DNA of 64,000 nucleotides. It comes from Ranitomeya imitator. Lineage: Eukaryota. The position numbers were made by a program, and so were the translations under genes. Every line of letters starts with the position of its first letter. Position 1 is the first letter of the stretch. This document shows, piece by piece, positions 1 to 12,585 of the stretch. The notes beneath the pieces were generated by a model. That model did not search any database, was not told the DNA's origin, and saw only the letters and a list, made by a program, of their open reading frames with translations. The stretch covers positions 768,552,001 through 768,616,000 of the forward strand of contig NC_091284.1 in assembly GCF_032444005.1 (NCBI RefSeq), in the 5' to 3' direction.

Positions 1-1969
1 AAAAAAAACCCACAATACTATCACCATCAGTGCCATTATACACAGGAGATCTGTAATTAGTAAGCAGTGTCTGTGTACAGGTAATACAGTGATCACCGGT
101 GACATTACACACAGGAGCTCTGTATATAATGTATAGGTAATACAGTGATCACTGGTGACATTGTACACAGGACCTCTGTATATAGTGTACAGTGTATAGT
201 GTCAGTGTATAGGTAACACTGACTCACCAGTGACGTCTCTAGGTGAAGTCCTTCATCTTTCATCCAGCACAGACCGCCATCACTTCATCCAGCCAGGACT
301 CGTCTCTGCAGGAAATAAAACAGTTATCTCGAGTTTCGCTTGTAGAACACATTACTTAATTTTCCCAACTTCTACATTACACCACATGAAGAAGGCAACA
401 TAGTATCACTCTACACAGTAACAGGACCGCCCCCCCCATTTAAAACAGTATACTCAAAAAATAAAATAAATACATCACTGCAATAATAATATCCCTTAAT
501 TAGCCCCTATGGTAATATTCGCCATCCTAGCCCCCGTGTGTCTCATTCCAGGCTCCAGCCATATGTTCTCCCATCCTGCCCTCATGAGTATCCATTCTGC
601 CCCATATGATCTCCCCATCCTGCCCCATCTGTCTCCATCGTATCCATCCTGCCCCATCTGTCTCCAATCTTGCCCCATCTGTCTCCATTCTGCCCCATCT
701 GTTTCCAATCCTGCCCCATTTGTGTCCAGCACTCTGCCCCATCTGTGTCCAGCACTCTGCCCCATCTGTGTCCAGCACTCTGCCCCATCTGTGTCCAGCA
801 CTCTGCCCCATCTGTGTCCAATCCTGCCCCATCTCTGTCCAGCACTCTGCCCCATCTCTGTCCAATCCTGCCCCATCTCTGTCCAGCACTCTGCCCCATC
901 TCTGTCCAGCACTCTGCCCCATCTCTGTCCAGCACTCTGCCCCATCTCTGTCCAGCACTCTGCCCCATCTCTGTCCAGCACTCTGCCCCCCATGTGTCCA
1001 GCTTTCTCCCCCCCCGTGTCCAGCTTTCTGCCCCCCCTGTGTCCAGCTTTCTGCCCCCCTCCTGTGTCCAGCCTTCTGCCCCCCCTGTGTCCAGCTTTCT
1101 GCCCCCCCCTGTGTCCAGCTTTCTGCCCCCCGTGTCCAGCTTTCTGCCCCCTCTGTGTCCAGCTTTCTGCCCCCCCTGTGTCCAGCTTTACTGCCCCCTG
1201 TGTCCAGCCTTCTGCCCCCCCTGTGTCCAGCTTTACTGCCCCCCTGTGTCCAGCGGCCTTCTGCCCCCCGTGTCCAACTTTACTGCCCCCCTGTGTCCAG
1301 CTTTACTGCCCACCGTGTCCAGCTTTACTGCCCCCCTGTGTCCAGCGGCCTTCTGCCCCCTCTGTGTCCAGCTTTACTGCCTCCTCTGTGTCCAGCCTTC
1401 TGCCCCCCGTGTCCAGCTTTACTGCCCCCGTGTCCAGCGGCCTTCTGCCCCCTCTGTGTCCAGCTTTACTGCCCCCCTGTGTCCAGCGGCCTTCTGACCC
1501 CTCTGTGTCCAGCTTCACTGCCCCCTCTGTGTCCAGCCTTCTGCCCGCCGTGTCCAGCTTTACTGCCCCCGTGTCCAGCGGCCTTCTGCCCCCTCTGTGT
1601 CCAGCTTTACTGCCCCCTCTGTGTCCAGCCTTCTGTCCCCCCCCCCCCGGATCGCCGCTCTCAATAGAAAAAAGTTCTGCTTAGCTGCCGCGCTCCTGAT
1701 CTCTCCACGCAGCTGCACCGTGCACTCGCCGGCGACTGACAATGATGTCAGACGTCGGCGACCTGCACGCTGCGGCTGGCGGCTGTTAACTATTGACGTG
1801 CGGGCGCGGGTCCGCATGTCAATAGCGTACAGCTGTAGCGCCGGCCGCCGCTAAGGGCCCGGTTCAGCCTGCGGCTGCCGGTAGGGGCCCGGTGAGCAGG
1901 TAAGAGGGCCCCTCTGCTCACCGGGCCCCATACGCCAGTCACGGCTGTAATGCCCTGATGGCGGCCCTG
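1..1969. mobile_element. Non-autonomous hAT-like element, right portion (left end outside window)
   Basis: Positions 1-560 are closely homologous to 27410-27960, inside the TSD-flanked hAT element. Ends in GCCCTGATGGCGGCCCTG (CAG...CTG-type terminus). TSD cannot be checked because the left end is missing. Confidence 0.65.
600..1650. repeat. C-rich minisatellite (~20-23 bp unit, CTGCCCCATCTGTGTCCAGCACT drifting to CTGCCCCCCTGTGTCCAGCTTTA)
   Basis: Tandem units are directly visible. They explain the overlapping Cys/Pro and Gly/Trp ORFs on both strands. Confidence 0.9.
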
Positions 1970-1988
1970 CTTGTAGGACTACAGGTCC

Positions 1989-2181
1989 TGTAATGTCCAC
2001 ACGGTGTAAGGAATTTAATAGAGAGTAAGCTTTAACTGTAGTTTATTCTTCTCATTTCCTCCAGCACACAGCATAACAGCAGCATAACATTTCCCTCCTC
2101 AGGCCAGAACTGAAACTGAAACTACTCTCAACTCCCGCCCTCGCTTTCTTAAAGATACAGATCTAATTCTTATACATTACA
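1989..2181 (-). repeat. 3' LTR of Mag-like element
   Basis: TGTAATG...CATTACA; adjacent polypurine tract on the - strand (A-run then GGGGGATGA, 2182 onward). Confidence 0.92.
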
Positions 2182-2594
2182 TCATCCCCCTTTTTTTTTT
2201 TTATTTTTTTTTTATATACATATATTAGCAACCTAAAACAAATATTGACAATGTAACAACACAAAAATGTCCAAGAAAAAACCATATGTCTGTATTGTCT
2301 TATTCCCCTTTTTTTTAAACTATATCTCTTCAATAAGTCTTGATGGAGCCCTTCTTTCCCGTGTAGGGTAATGTCTGCGTTCATTGACGGTGTCCAGTGC
2401 TGACGGATCAGTCACCTCTTATTGGTCCTCTCCACCGTCGGGTATCAAATCTTCCACTGGTGGGAGTTCATTACCATTGTTCTGCGGTATGATTTTAAAA
2501 TGTGAGGAATTTCGAGTGATGGAGTGTCCGTCTCGCTCAGCCGTGACCATACTGCCTTTTCTCTCAGTAACATTATATTTTGCAGGACTATATA

Positions 2595-4206
2595 CAGGTC
2601 CTTCTCAAAAAATTAGCATATAGTGTTAAATTTCATTATTTACCATAATGTAATGATTACAATTAAACTTTCATATATTATAGATTCATTATCCACCAAC
2701 TGAAATTTGTCAGGTCTTTTATTGTTTTAATACTGATGATTTTGGCATACAACTCCTGATAACCCAAAAAACCTGTCTCAATAAATTAGCATATCAAGAA
2801 AAGGTTCTCTAAACGACCTATTACCCTAATCTTCTGAATCAACTAATTAACTCTAAACACATGCAAAAGATACCTGAGGCTTTTATAAACTCCCTGCCTG
2901 GTTCATTACTCAAAACCCCCATCATGGGTAAGACTAGCGACCTGACAGATGTCAAGAAGGCCATCATTGACACCCTCAAGCAAGAGGGTAAGACCCAGAA
3001 AGAAATTTCTCAACAAATAGGCTGTTCCCAGAGTGCTGTATCAAGGCACCTCAATGGTAAGTCTGTTGGAAGGAAACAATGTGGCAGAAAACGCTGTACA
3101 ACGAGAAGAGGAGACCGGACCCTGAGGAAGATTGTGGAGAAGGACCGATTCCAGACCTTGGGGAACCTGAGGAAGCAGTGGACTGAGTCTGGTGTGGAAA
3201 CATCCAGAGCCACCATGCACAGGCGTGTGCAGGAAATGGGCTACAGGTGCCGCATTCCCCAGGTAAAGCCACTTTTGAACCATAAACAGCGGCAGAGGCG
3301 CCTGACCTGGGCTACAGAGAAGCAGCACTGGACTGTTGCTAAGTGGTCCCAAGTACTTTTTTCTGATGAAAGCAAATTTTGCATGTCATTCGGAAATCAA
3401 GGTGCCAGAGTCTGGAGGAAGACTGGGGAGAAGGAAATGCCAAAATGCCTGAAGTCCAGTGTCAAGTACCCACAGTCAGTGATGGTGTGGGGTGCCATGT
3501 CAGCTGCTGGTGTTGGTCCACTGTGTTTCATCAAGGGCAGGGTCAATGCAGCTAGCTATCAGGAGATTTTGGAGCACTTCATGCTTCCATCGGATGAAAT
3601 GCTTTATGGAGATGAAGATTTCATTTTTCAGCACGACCTGGCACCTGCTCACAGTGCCAAAACCACTGGTAAATGGTTTACTGACCATGGTATTACTGTG
3701 CTCAATTGGCCTGCCAACTCTCCTGACCTGAACCCCATAGAGAATCTGTGGGATATTGTGAAGAGAAAGTTGAGAGACGCAAGACCCAACACTCTGGATG
3801 AGCTTAAGGCCGCTATTGAAGCATCCTGGGCCTCCATAACATCTCAGCAGTGTCACAGGCTGATTGCCTCCATGCCACGCCGCATTGAAGCAGTCATTTC
3901 TGCCAAAGGATTCCCGACCAAGTATTGAGTGCATAACTGAACATTATTATTTGTTGGTTTTTTTGTTTGTTATTAAAAAACACTTTTATTTGATTGGATG
4001 GGTGAAATATGCTAATTTATTGAGACAGGTTTTTTGGGTTATCAGGAGTTGTATGCCAAAATCATCAGTATTAAAACAATAAAAGACCTGACAAATTTCA
4101 GTTGGTGGATAATGAATCTATAATATATGAAAGTTTAATTGTAATCATTACATTATGGTAAATAATGAAATTTAACACTATATGCTAATTTTTTGAGAAG
4201 GACCTG
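2595..4206 (+). mobile_element. Tc1-family DNA transposon, IR/DR type, apparently intact
   Basis: 200-bp TIRs (2595-2794, 4007-4206) that appear identical, with AAATTAGCATAT repeated near outer and inner ends; TA duplicated on both sides; contains a transposase ORF. Confidence 0.96.
2924..3928 (+). CDS. Tc1 DD34E transposase (334 aa from MGKTSDLT)
   Basis: N-terminal HTH region (IGCSQSAVSRHL), FSDESKF, VMVWG, FQHDLAPAH, WPANSPDLNPIENLW; no stops. The ORF track starts at an upstream ATG (2861). Confidence 0.93.
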   Translation: MGKTSDLTDVKKAIIDTLKQEGKTQKEISQQIGCSQSAVSRHLNGKSVGRKQCGRKRCTTRRGDRTLRKIVEKDRFQTLGNLRKQWTESGVETSRATMHRRVQEMGYRCRIPQVKPLLNHKQRQRRLTWATEKQHWTVAKWSQVLFSDESKFCMSFGNQGARVWRKTGEKEMPKCLKSSVKYPQSVMVWGAMSAAGVGPLCFIKGRVNAASYQEILEHFMLPSDEMLYGDEDFIFQHDLAPAHSAKTTGKWFTDHGITVLNWPANSPDLNPIENLWDIVKRKLRDARPNTLDELKAAIEASWASITSQQCHRLIASMPRRIEAVISAKGFPTKY

Positions 4207-7200
4207 TACAGCTGAGGTTTTGTTGGTTGATTTTTGACGCACAACAACCATATCACCTCTTTTGATGGCACATGGCTGTGCCCGTCGCCTTCTGTCTGCA
4301 TAATGTTTCATGGCTTGCTTGTTAAAGAAATCCGTTGATCGCACTGAAGAGTCATTTGGTAAGGGATGACTGGTCACATCAGGGATCCGTGTACGAAGAG
4401 TTCTGCTGAACATTAGATGAGATGGCGCAGCATTAGTGGTGGAATGTGGCGTGTTGCGGTAATTGCGCAGGAATTTGTATAGTGACTGTTTAAGTGGGGT
4501 GTGCTCCAGGCTAGCTGCCTTGATTTGTTTCCCCATGGTGCGCATGAAACGTTCTACGATTCCATTAGCTTGCGGCCAGCAAGGTGTGATTTTTCTGTGG
4601 CCGAACCCCAAGTATTCAGAAAACTGTGCAAACACATGTCCATTGAATGGAGGTCCATTATCTGTTTTGACCACTCTTGGAATGCCATATGCAGAGAATA
4701 TGTCGTCCAGTTCTGGTATGACACTATTAGCAGACGTTGAAGAGATGAATGAAATGACAGGGTATCTAGAATATTCATCAATTGTTACTAGAATGTATTG
4801 GCCATTTGGTAATGGTCCATATATGTCGACTGCCACTTCCTCCCATACAGCAGTGGGTAACGGAGACATTTGTAATGGCTCTAGAGTTGATGATGGAGTA
4901 ATTAATTGACAAGTGGAGCAATGTCCAATCTTCTCTTCCACCAATTTATCCATATTTGGGAACCACACTTTTTCTCTGAGTAACTTTTTTGTGCCAACAA
5001 TTCCTAGATGACCTTCGTGTGCTATCTGTATGACTAGGTTGCGCAAGGCCTTAGGTACAACCAGTTTGGTACCACGAAGGATGAGTTGATCTTCAGTGAC
5101 TGATAATTCCTCACGTACATTTGAAAATAGTTTTAACTCTTTCAGATCAATCCCCTCTTCAGGAAATTTTTTCTTTTGAATTTCATGCCACCTTCTATTT
5201 TGAATAATTTGTATTAAGGCACAGAGTGTCTTGTCACTTGTTGTCGTATTCACAAACTGATCAACAGAAAGTGCTTTTGGCACGGCGTGAGCTGCAACAA
5301 AGTGGATGTATTCTTCAATGGAGGAATGCACAGGTAAATCATCATTCGTGGGATGTCTTGAGAGATAATCAGCCGGATTGCTGTATTTTCCAGGTTTGTG
5401 AACAATTTTGTAATTATAGTCCTGTAGACGTAGACCCCATCGTTCAATCCGTGCTGGCATTTTAGCTCGGGGATTTCCAAAAATTGTAAGGAGAGCTTGA
5501 TGATCTGTGACAATAGTGAAGGGAGCGCCATAGAGAAATAAATGAAAGTGTTCACATCCCCAGACGACTGCCAAGCTTTCTTTTTCAGGTTGTGAATATT
5601 TTCTTTCAGTGCTTGTTAAGCTTTTACTTGCATAGGAAATGATGTGGGGACTTTGATTGTCATCCTTGTATTGTGCTAAAATTGCACCCAGTCCCACGGG
5701 ACTAGCATCCACAATCAGTTCGGTTCGAAGAGCTGGATCAAAATAGGCCATGGTGGTTGTTGAGTAGAGTTCCTTTTTGATTGTTTCAAAAGAGGCCTGA
5801 CAGTCTTGGGACCATTGAAAAACGCAATTTTGTTTCGTAAGTTCCCTTAATGGAGTGCTGATTGTCGAAAAATTTGGAATATATCTAGCACAGTAACTTG
5901 CCATTCCAAGAAAAGAGCGCACTTCACTGGCATCCTGTGGAATTGAAGCTGCTCTGATGGATTCCACTTTCTTGGGATCAGGTCGTACTCCTTCCGCCGA
6001 GAAAATGTGACCATAAAACTCCAATGAATTTTTATCAAATTCGCATTTTTCTTTGTTTAAAGTGAGTCCAGCAGAGAGCAGACATTCAAAGATAGCATAT
6101 AGAGCACGATTATGTTCAGCTTGAGTTTTCCCAAAAACCAGTATGTCATCACTGTAATTAAAGGCATTTGGAATATGTTGAATGACGCTCCTTATCGTAT
6201 CTTGAAAAATTTCTGCTGCTGAGCAGACCCCAAACGTCAATCTTTTGTATCTTCTGAGACCCACATGGGTGGAAAATGTTGTTAAGTATCTGGATTCTGG
6301 ACTCAATTCTAATTGATGATAGCCCTTATTGAGGTCGAGCTTTGAAAAAACAGTTGCTCCATTTAATAAATGAATAATGTCATCAATTGTGGGTGAGATG
6401 TGTCTTTCCCTTTGAATAGCAGTGTTGGGCAGGCGCATGTCAACACACAGTCTTACCTGCTCTGGAGTCTTTGGTTTTGGAACTACCACAAGTGGAGAGA
6501 CCCACGGAGTGGGACCAGAAACAGTTTCAATGACATCATCATCCATGAGTAATTGGAGTTCCTTTTCTACCTTCTTTCTCAGGTGAAATGGAATACGCCT
6601 GTGAGCCTGGGCTACTGGACGGACACTGTCATCCACATGAAGATGCACTTGAGAGTCCTTTAATTTTCCTAATCCACTAAATAGGGAGGGAAAACTATTC
6701 ACCATGGCTTGTACATCCAGGTCCGCAGGGTCGGTTATGGTATGAACAATCTGGATGAGTCCTAGCTTCAAGGCAGTGTGATAGCTGAGAAGACAGCCTC
6801 CGGATCCTTGTAATGTGTGAAAAGTGGTTTTCTGCCTATTTTCTTTATAGCTAAGTTCAGCATCAAATTGTCCCATTGTAACTAGAGGTGTTTTAGATCC
6901 ATATGGAAAGATTTTAGTATGCACTTGCTGTAAGACTGGCTTTGTTTTCAACTGTTCATAAGTATTGCTGTCTATGATATCCACTGAAGCTCCTGTATCT
7001 ATTGTAAAGGTGATATCCGTGTTGCAGATGGTGAGTGTAATACATGGAGATTGCACTGAGCCAGTGGCAGACGTCGTGAACACATAGTTCTCAGCCACAG
7101 ACATTTCTCCTATATCCTGATTTACCATTTTTATATTTGCAGGCTTTGTAATTGGCAGAGGAGACTTGTTGGGCGCTGATTTGCAGACAACTGCACAATG

Positions 7201-7958
7201 GCTCCCTTTTCCACATTTACTGCAAGTTTGTCCTATAGCTGGACATTTGTTCATGTGGTGAGGGAAATCTTGTCCACATCTATAACATTTCTTCTGTTGC
7301 GGGCCTGCTTGCCTTGTGCACTGTTATGGTTGAGATTATGCACATGTAAATTATCCCCATTCTCCATTGCACTTGCCTGATGATCTGCTATCTCTATAGC
7401 ACGGGCCATCTTGAGTAAATCATGCAGAGAGAGATCCTGCTGCAGAGCTTTACGCCTTATGGTATTAGATGAGCAGGTGACAATTACTTGAGTTAGGATT
7501 TCATCATCTACGTCAGTAAATGCACACCCATGTGCTAGTTCTTTTAGCCGGGTGACATAGGTGTCTATGGATTCTTCTGGAAGCTGCTTAGCAATCCTGA
7601 ACTTGTATCTTTCATATCTGATGTTTTGTTTAGGGTTGAAGTAGTCAGTGAGAGCTTTGGAGCATTTGCTGTACGTGTCTGTCTCCGCTGCTGGTAATGT
7701 GCTGTATATGTCATAGACTCCTGTGCCCGCACAATGCAGGAACACTGCTTTTTTTCTGTTCTCCTCTTTTATATCTATTGCTTCCAGGAAATTCTCAAAT
7801 CGATTTACCATTTTCTCCAGTTATGAGAGAGATTAGTGACATCAGTCATATCAAACTGTGGGAACATGTGCAAGTATTCAGCCATGATGGAGTCTCTCAG
7901 TGGCGCTGGTGTGTGAAGCAGTAAAGCAGGGGTCAGTACTCACAGTAGCAGGTGATTC

Positions 7959-7977
7959 AATCCCATCCTCGTCGCCA
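7959..7977 (-). promoter_or_regulatory. Primer-binding site, tRNA-Ser(GCU)
   Basis: The + strand reads AATCCCATCCTCGTCGCCA, the recalled 3' end of vertebrate tRNA-Ser(GCU) plus CCA, 2 nt from the 5' LTR. Confidence 0.85.
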
Positions 7978-7979
7978 GT

Positions 7980-8171
7980 TGTAATGTCCACACGGTGTAA
8001 GGAATTTAAGAGAGCGTAAGCTTTAACTGTATTTTATTCCTCTCTTTTCCTCCAGCACACACCATAACAACAGCATAAGATTTCCTCCTCAGGCCAGAAC
8101 TGAAACTGAAACTACTCTCAACTCCCGCCCTTGCTTTCTTAAAGAGACAGATCTAATTCTTATACATTACA
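7980..8171 (-). repeat. 5' LTR of Mag-like element
   Basis: Homologous to 1989-2181 (10 substitutions and 1 indel by manual alignment). Confidence 0.92.
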
Positions 8172-9089
8172 GGTCCCAGAACATCCTTACTTCAGGCTGA
8201 CAGTGCAGAGTGTCCTCCTCTGTGACACACATACCGGCCATTCACAATAATGAATGACTCATCACCACAGTTACATCTGCGATTGCCATCTATTCCTATG
8301 GCCTCAATACGCCTCCATGCGCACTCTGGGAAGCTCATACAGCGCCCCCTACCTATTACATAGGTCACTATACTACACTATCCTATATATCAATGTATCA
8401 ATTAACCCTTATCACTAGACAACTATTAAACCTCCGGCCAGGTAGTCCATTTGCATAATTTAACCCCTTCAAGACCCAGCCTATTTTGACCTTAAAGACC
8501 TTGCCGTTTTTTGCAATTCTGACCAGTGTCCCTTTATGAGGTAATAACTCAGGAACGCTTCAACGGATCCTAGCGGTTCTGAGATTGTTTTTTCGTGACA
8601 TATTGGGCTTCATGTTAGTGGTAAATTTAGGTCAATAAATTCTGCATTTATTTGTGATAAACACGGAAATTTGGCGAAAATTTAGAAAATTTCGCAATTT
8701 TCACATTTTGAATTTTTATTCTGTTAAACCAGAGAGATATGTGACACAAAATAGTTAATAAATAACATTTCCCACATGTTTACTTTACATCAGCACAATT
8801 TTGGAAACAAAATTTTTTTTTGTTAGGAAGTTATAAGGGTTAAAATTCGACCAGCGATTTGTCATTTTTACAACGAAATTTACAAAACCATTTTTTTTAG
8901 GGACCACCTCACATTTGAAGTCAGTTTGAGGGGTCTATTTGGCTGAAAATACCCAAAAGTGACACCATTCTAAAAACTGCACCCCTCAAGGTACTCAAAA
9001 CCACATTCAAGAAGTTTATTAACCCTTCAGGTGCTTCACAGCAGCAGAAGCAACATGGAAGGAAAAAATGAACATTTAACTTTTTAGTC

Positions 9090-12060
9090 ACAAAAATTAT
9101 CTTTTAGCAACAATTTTTTTATTTTCCCAATGGTAAAAGGAGAAACTGAACCACGAAAGTTGTTGTCCAATTTGTCCTGAGTACGCTGATACCTCATATG
9201 TGGGGGTAAACCACTGTTTTGGCGCACGGCAGGGCTTGGAAGGGAAGGAGCGCCATTTGACTTTTTGAATCAAAAATTGGCTCCACTCTTTAGCGGACAC
9301 CATGTCACGTTTGGAGAGCCCCCGTGTGCCTAAAAATTGGAGCTCCCCCACAAGTGACCCCATTTTGGAAACTAGACGCCCCAAGGAACTTATCTAGATG
9401 CATAGTGAGCACTTTGAACCCCCAGGTGCTTCACAAATTGATCCGTAAAAATGAAAAAGTACTTTTTTTTCACAAAAAAATTCTTTTAGCCTCAATTTTT
9501 TCATTTTCACATGGGCAACAGGATAAAATGGATCCTAAAATGTGTTGGGCAATTTCTCCTGAGTACACCAATACCTCACATGTGGAGGTAAACCACTGTT
9601 TGGGCACATGGTAAGGCTCGGAAGGGAAGGAGCGCCATTTGACTTTTTGAATGAAAAATTATTTCCATCGTTAGCGGACACCATGTCGCGTTTGGATAGC
9701 TCCTGTGTGCCTAAACATTGGCGCTCCCCCACAAGTGACCCCATTTTGGAAACTAGACCCCCCAAGGAACTAATTTAGATGCCTAGTGAGCACTTTAAAC
9801 CCTCAGGTGCTTCACAAATTGATCTGTAAAAATGAAAAAGTAATTTTTTTTCACAAAAAAATTCTTTTCACCTCAATTTTTTCATTTTCACATGGGCAGT
9901 AGGATAAAATGGATCATAAAATTTGTTGGGCAATTTCTCCCGAGTACGCCGATACCTCATATGTGGGGGTAAACCACTGTTTGGGCACTCGGCAGGGCTC
10001 GGAAGAGAAGGCGCGCCATTTGACTTTTTGAATGGAAAATTAGCTCCAATTGTTAGCGGACACCATGTCGCGTTTGGAGAGCCCCTGTGTGCCTAAACAT
10101 TGGAGCTCCCGCACAAGTGACCCCATTTTGGAAACTAGACCCCCCAGGGAACTTATCTAGATGCATATTGAGCACTTTAAACCCCCAGGTGCTTCACAGA
10201 AGTTTATAACGCAGAGCCATGAAAATAAAAAATAATTTTTCTTTCCTCAAAAATGATTTTTTAGCCTGAAATTTCCTATTTTGCCAAGGATAATAGGAGA
10301 AATTGGACCCCAAATATTGTTGTCCAGTTTGTCCTGAGTACGCTGATACCCCATATGTGGGGGTAAACCACTGTTTGGGCGCACGGCAGGGCTCGGAAGG
10401 GATGGCACGCCATTTGGCTTTTTAAATGGAAAATTAGCTCCAATCATTAGCGGACACCATGTCACGTTTGGAGAGCCCCTGTGTGCCTAAACATTGGAGA
10501 TCCCCCAGAAATGACACCATTTTAGAAACTAGACCCCCAAAGGAACTAATCTAGATGTGTGGTGAGGACTTTGAACCCCCAAGTGCTTCACAGAAGTTTA
10601 TAACGCAGAGCCATGAAAATAAAAAAAAAAAATATTTTCTCAAAAATGATCTTTTAGCCTGCAATTTTTTATTTTCCCAAGGGTAACAGGAGAAATTTGA
10701 CCCCAAAAGTTGTTGTCCAGTTTCTCCTGAGTACGCTGATACCCCATATGTGGGGGTAAATCACTGTTTGGGCACATGCCGGGGCTCGGAAGTGAAGTAG
10801 TGACGTTTTGAAATGCAGACTTTGATGGAATGCTCTGTGGGCGTCACGTTGCGTTTGCAGAGCCCCTGATGTGGCTTAACAGTAGAAACCCCCCACAAGT
10901 GACCCCATTTTGGAAACTAGACCCCCAAAGGAACTTATCTAGATGTGTGGTGAGCACTTTGAACCCCCAAGTGCTTCATAGAAGTTTATAATGCAGAGCC
11001 GTGAAAATAATAAATACGTTTTCTTTCCTCAAAAATAATTATTTAGTCCAGAATTTTTTAATTTTCCCAAGGGTAACAGGAGAAATTTGACCCCAATATT
11101 TGTTGTCCAGTTTCTCCTGAGTACGGTGATACCCCATATGTGGGGGTAAACTACTGTTTGGGCACATGCCGGGGCTTGGAATTGAAGTAGTGACGTTTTG
11201 AAATGCAGACTTTGATGGAATGCTCTGCGGGCGTCACGTTGCGTTTGCAGAGCCCCTGATGTGCCTAAACAGTAGAAACCCCCCACAAGTGACCCCATTT
11301 TGGAAACTAGACCCTGAAAGGAACTTATCTAGATGTGTGGTGAGCACTTTGAACCCCCAAGTGCTTCATAGAAGTTTATAATGCAGAGCCGTGAAAATAA
11401 TAAATACGTTTTCTTTCCTCAAAAATAATTATTTAGCCCAGAATTTTTTATTTTCCCAAGGGTTACAGGAGAAATTGGACCCCAAAAGTTGTTGTCCAGT
11501 TTCTCCTGAGTACGCTGATACCCCATATGTGGGGGTAAACCACTGTTTGGGCACACGTCGGGGTTCAGAAGGGAAGTAGTGACTTTTGAAATGCAGACTT
11601 TGATGGAATGGTCTGCGGGTGTCACGTTGCGTTTGCAGAGCCCCTGGTGTGCCTAAACAGTAGAAACCCCCCACAAGTGACCCCATTTTAGAAACTAGAC
11701 CCCGAAAGGAACTTATCTAGATGTGTGGTGAGCACTTTGAACCCCCAAGTGCTTCACAGACGTTTACAACGCAGAGCCGTGAAAATAAAAAATCATTTTT
11801 CTTTCCTCAAAAATTATGTTTTAGCAAGCATTTTTTTAGATTCACAAGGGTAACAGGAGAAATTGGACCCCAGTAATTGTTGCGCAGTTTGTCCTGAGTA
11901 TGCTGGTACCCCATATGTGGGGGTAAACCACTGTTTGGGCACACGTCAGGGCTCGGAAGTGAGGGAGCACCATTTGACTTTTTGAATACGACATTGGCTG
12001 GAATCAATGGTGGCGCCATGTTGCGTTTGGAGACCCCTGATGTGCCTAAACAGTGGTAAC
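9090..12060. repeat. Tandem array of ~380-390-bp units (~8 copies) inside piggyBac-like element
   Basis: The marker GACCCCATTTTGGAAACTAGAC recurs near 9356, 9738, 10119, 10513, 10901, 11289 and 11678. Confidence 0.9.
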
Positions 12061-12061
12061 C

Positions 12062-12232
12062 CCTCAATTCTAACTCCAACACTAACCCCAACACACCCCT
12101 AACCCTAATCCCAACTGTAGCCATAATCCTAATCACAACCCTAACCCCAACACACCCCTAACCACAACACTAACCCCAACACACCCCTAACCCTAACCAC
12201 AACCCTAATTCCAACCCTAACCCTAACCCTAA
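12062..12232. repeat. Degenerate (CCCTAA)n telomere-like tract
   Basis: CTAACCC variants ending in CCCTAACCCTAACCCTAA. Confidence 0.75.
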
Positions 12233-12576
12233 GGCTATGTGCCCACGTTGCGGATTCGTGTGAGATATTTCCGCACCATTTTTGAAAAATCTGCGGGTAA
12301 AAGGCACTGTGTTTTACCTGCGGATTTTCCGCGGATTTCCAGTGTTTTTTGTGCGGATTTCACCTGCGGATTCCTATTGAGGAACAGGTGTAAAACGCCG
12401 CGGAATCCGCACAAAGAATTGACATGCTGCGGAAAATACAACGCAGCGTTCCCGCGCGGTATTTTCCGCACCATGGGCACAGCGGATTTGGTTTTTCATA
12501 TGTTTACATGGTACTGTAAACCTGATGGAACACTGCTGCGAATCCGCAGCCAAATCAGCACCGTGTGCACATAGCC
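12233..12576. mobile_element. PIF/Harbinger (Tourist-like) MITE
   Basis: TIR GGCTATGTGC(C/A)CACG, 3-bp TSD TAA on both sides, internal TGCGGA/TCCGCA repeats. Confidence 0.85.
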
Positions 12577-12585
12577 TAATTCTAA

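Larger units (their letters stand above)
2320..7885 (-). pseudogene. Disrupted gag-pol of Mag-like element
   Basis: Start MAEYLHMFPQF at 7885; frameshift near 7810 (NWRKW/VNRFENF); frameshift near 7300-7325 before CYRCGQDFPH; protease FTIDTGAS, RT YSDD, RNase H VDASP, integrase VDIYGP/TDNGPPF/IVERF. Tc1 inserted at 2595-4206. The C-terminus resumes in frame (SAVYSPAKY...), hits TAA at 2419-2421, then ends RRHYPTRERRAPSRLIEEI* at 2320. Confidence 0.88.
1989..8171 (-). mobile_element. Ty3/Gypsy LTR retrotransposon, Mag-like, full length but disabled
   Basis: Two ~193-bp TG...CA LTRs (1989-2181, 7980-8171), 5-bp TSD GGTCC (1984-1988, 8172-8176), tRNA-Ser PBS, PPT, gag with two Cys/His knuckles, pol in PR-RT-RH-INT order. 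Short LTRs, 5-bp TSD and tRNA-Ser PBS fit the Mag group. Confidence 0.93.

Noticed and set aside
496-1684. Cys/Pro-rich and Gly/Trp-rich ORFs resembling keratin-associated proteins
   Set aside because: Open in several frames on both strands because the minisatellite lacks stop codons; inside a non-autonomous TE.
4153-4206. pol C-terminus VQVLLKKLAYSVKFHYLP in the ORF track
   Set aside because: Read-through into the Tc1 TIR; the real C-terminus lies at 2320-2594.
7959-7977. tRNA-Ser gene fragment
   Set aside because: Includes CCA and abuts the LTR, so it is a primer-binding site.
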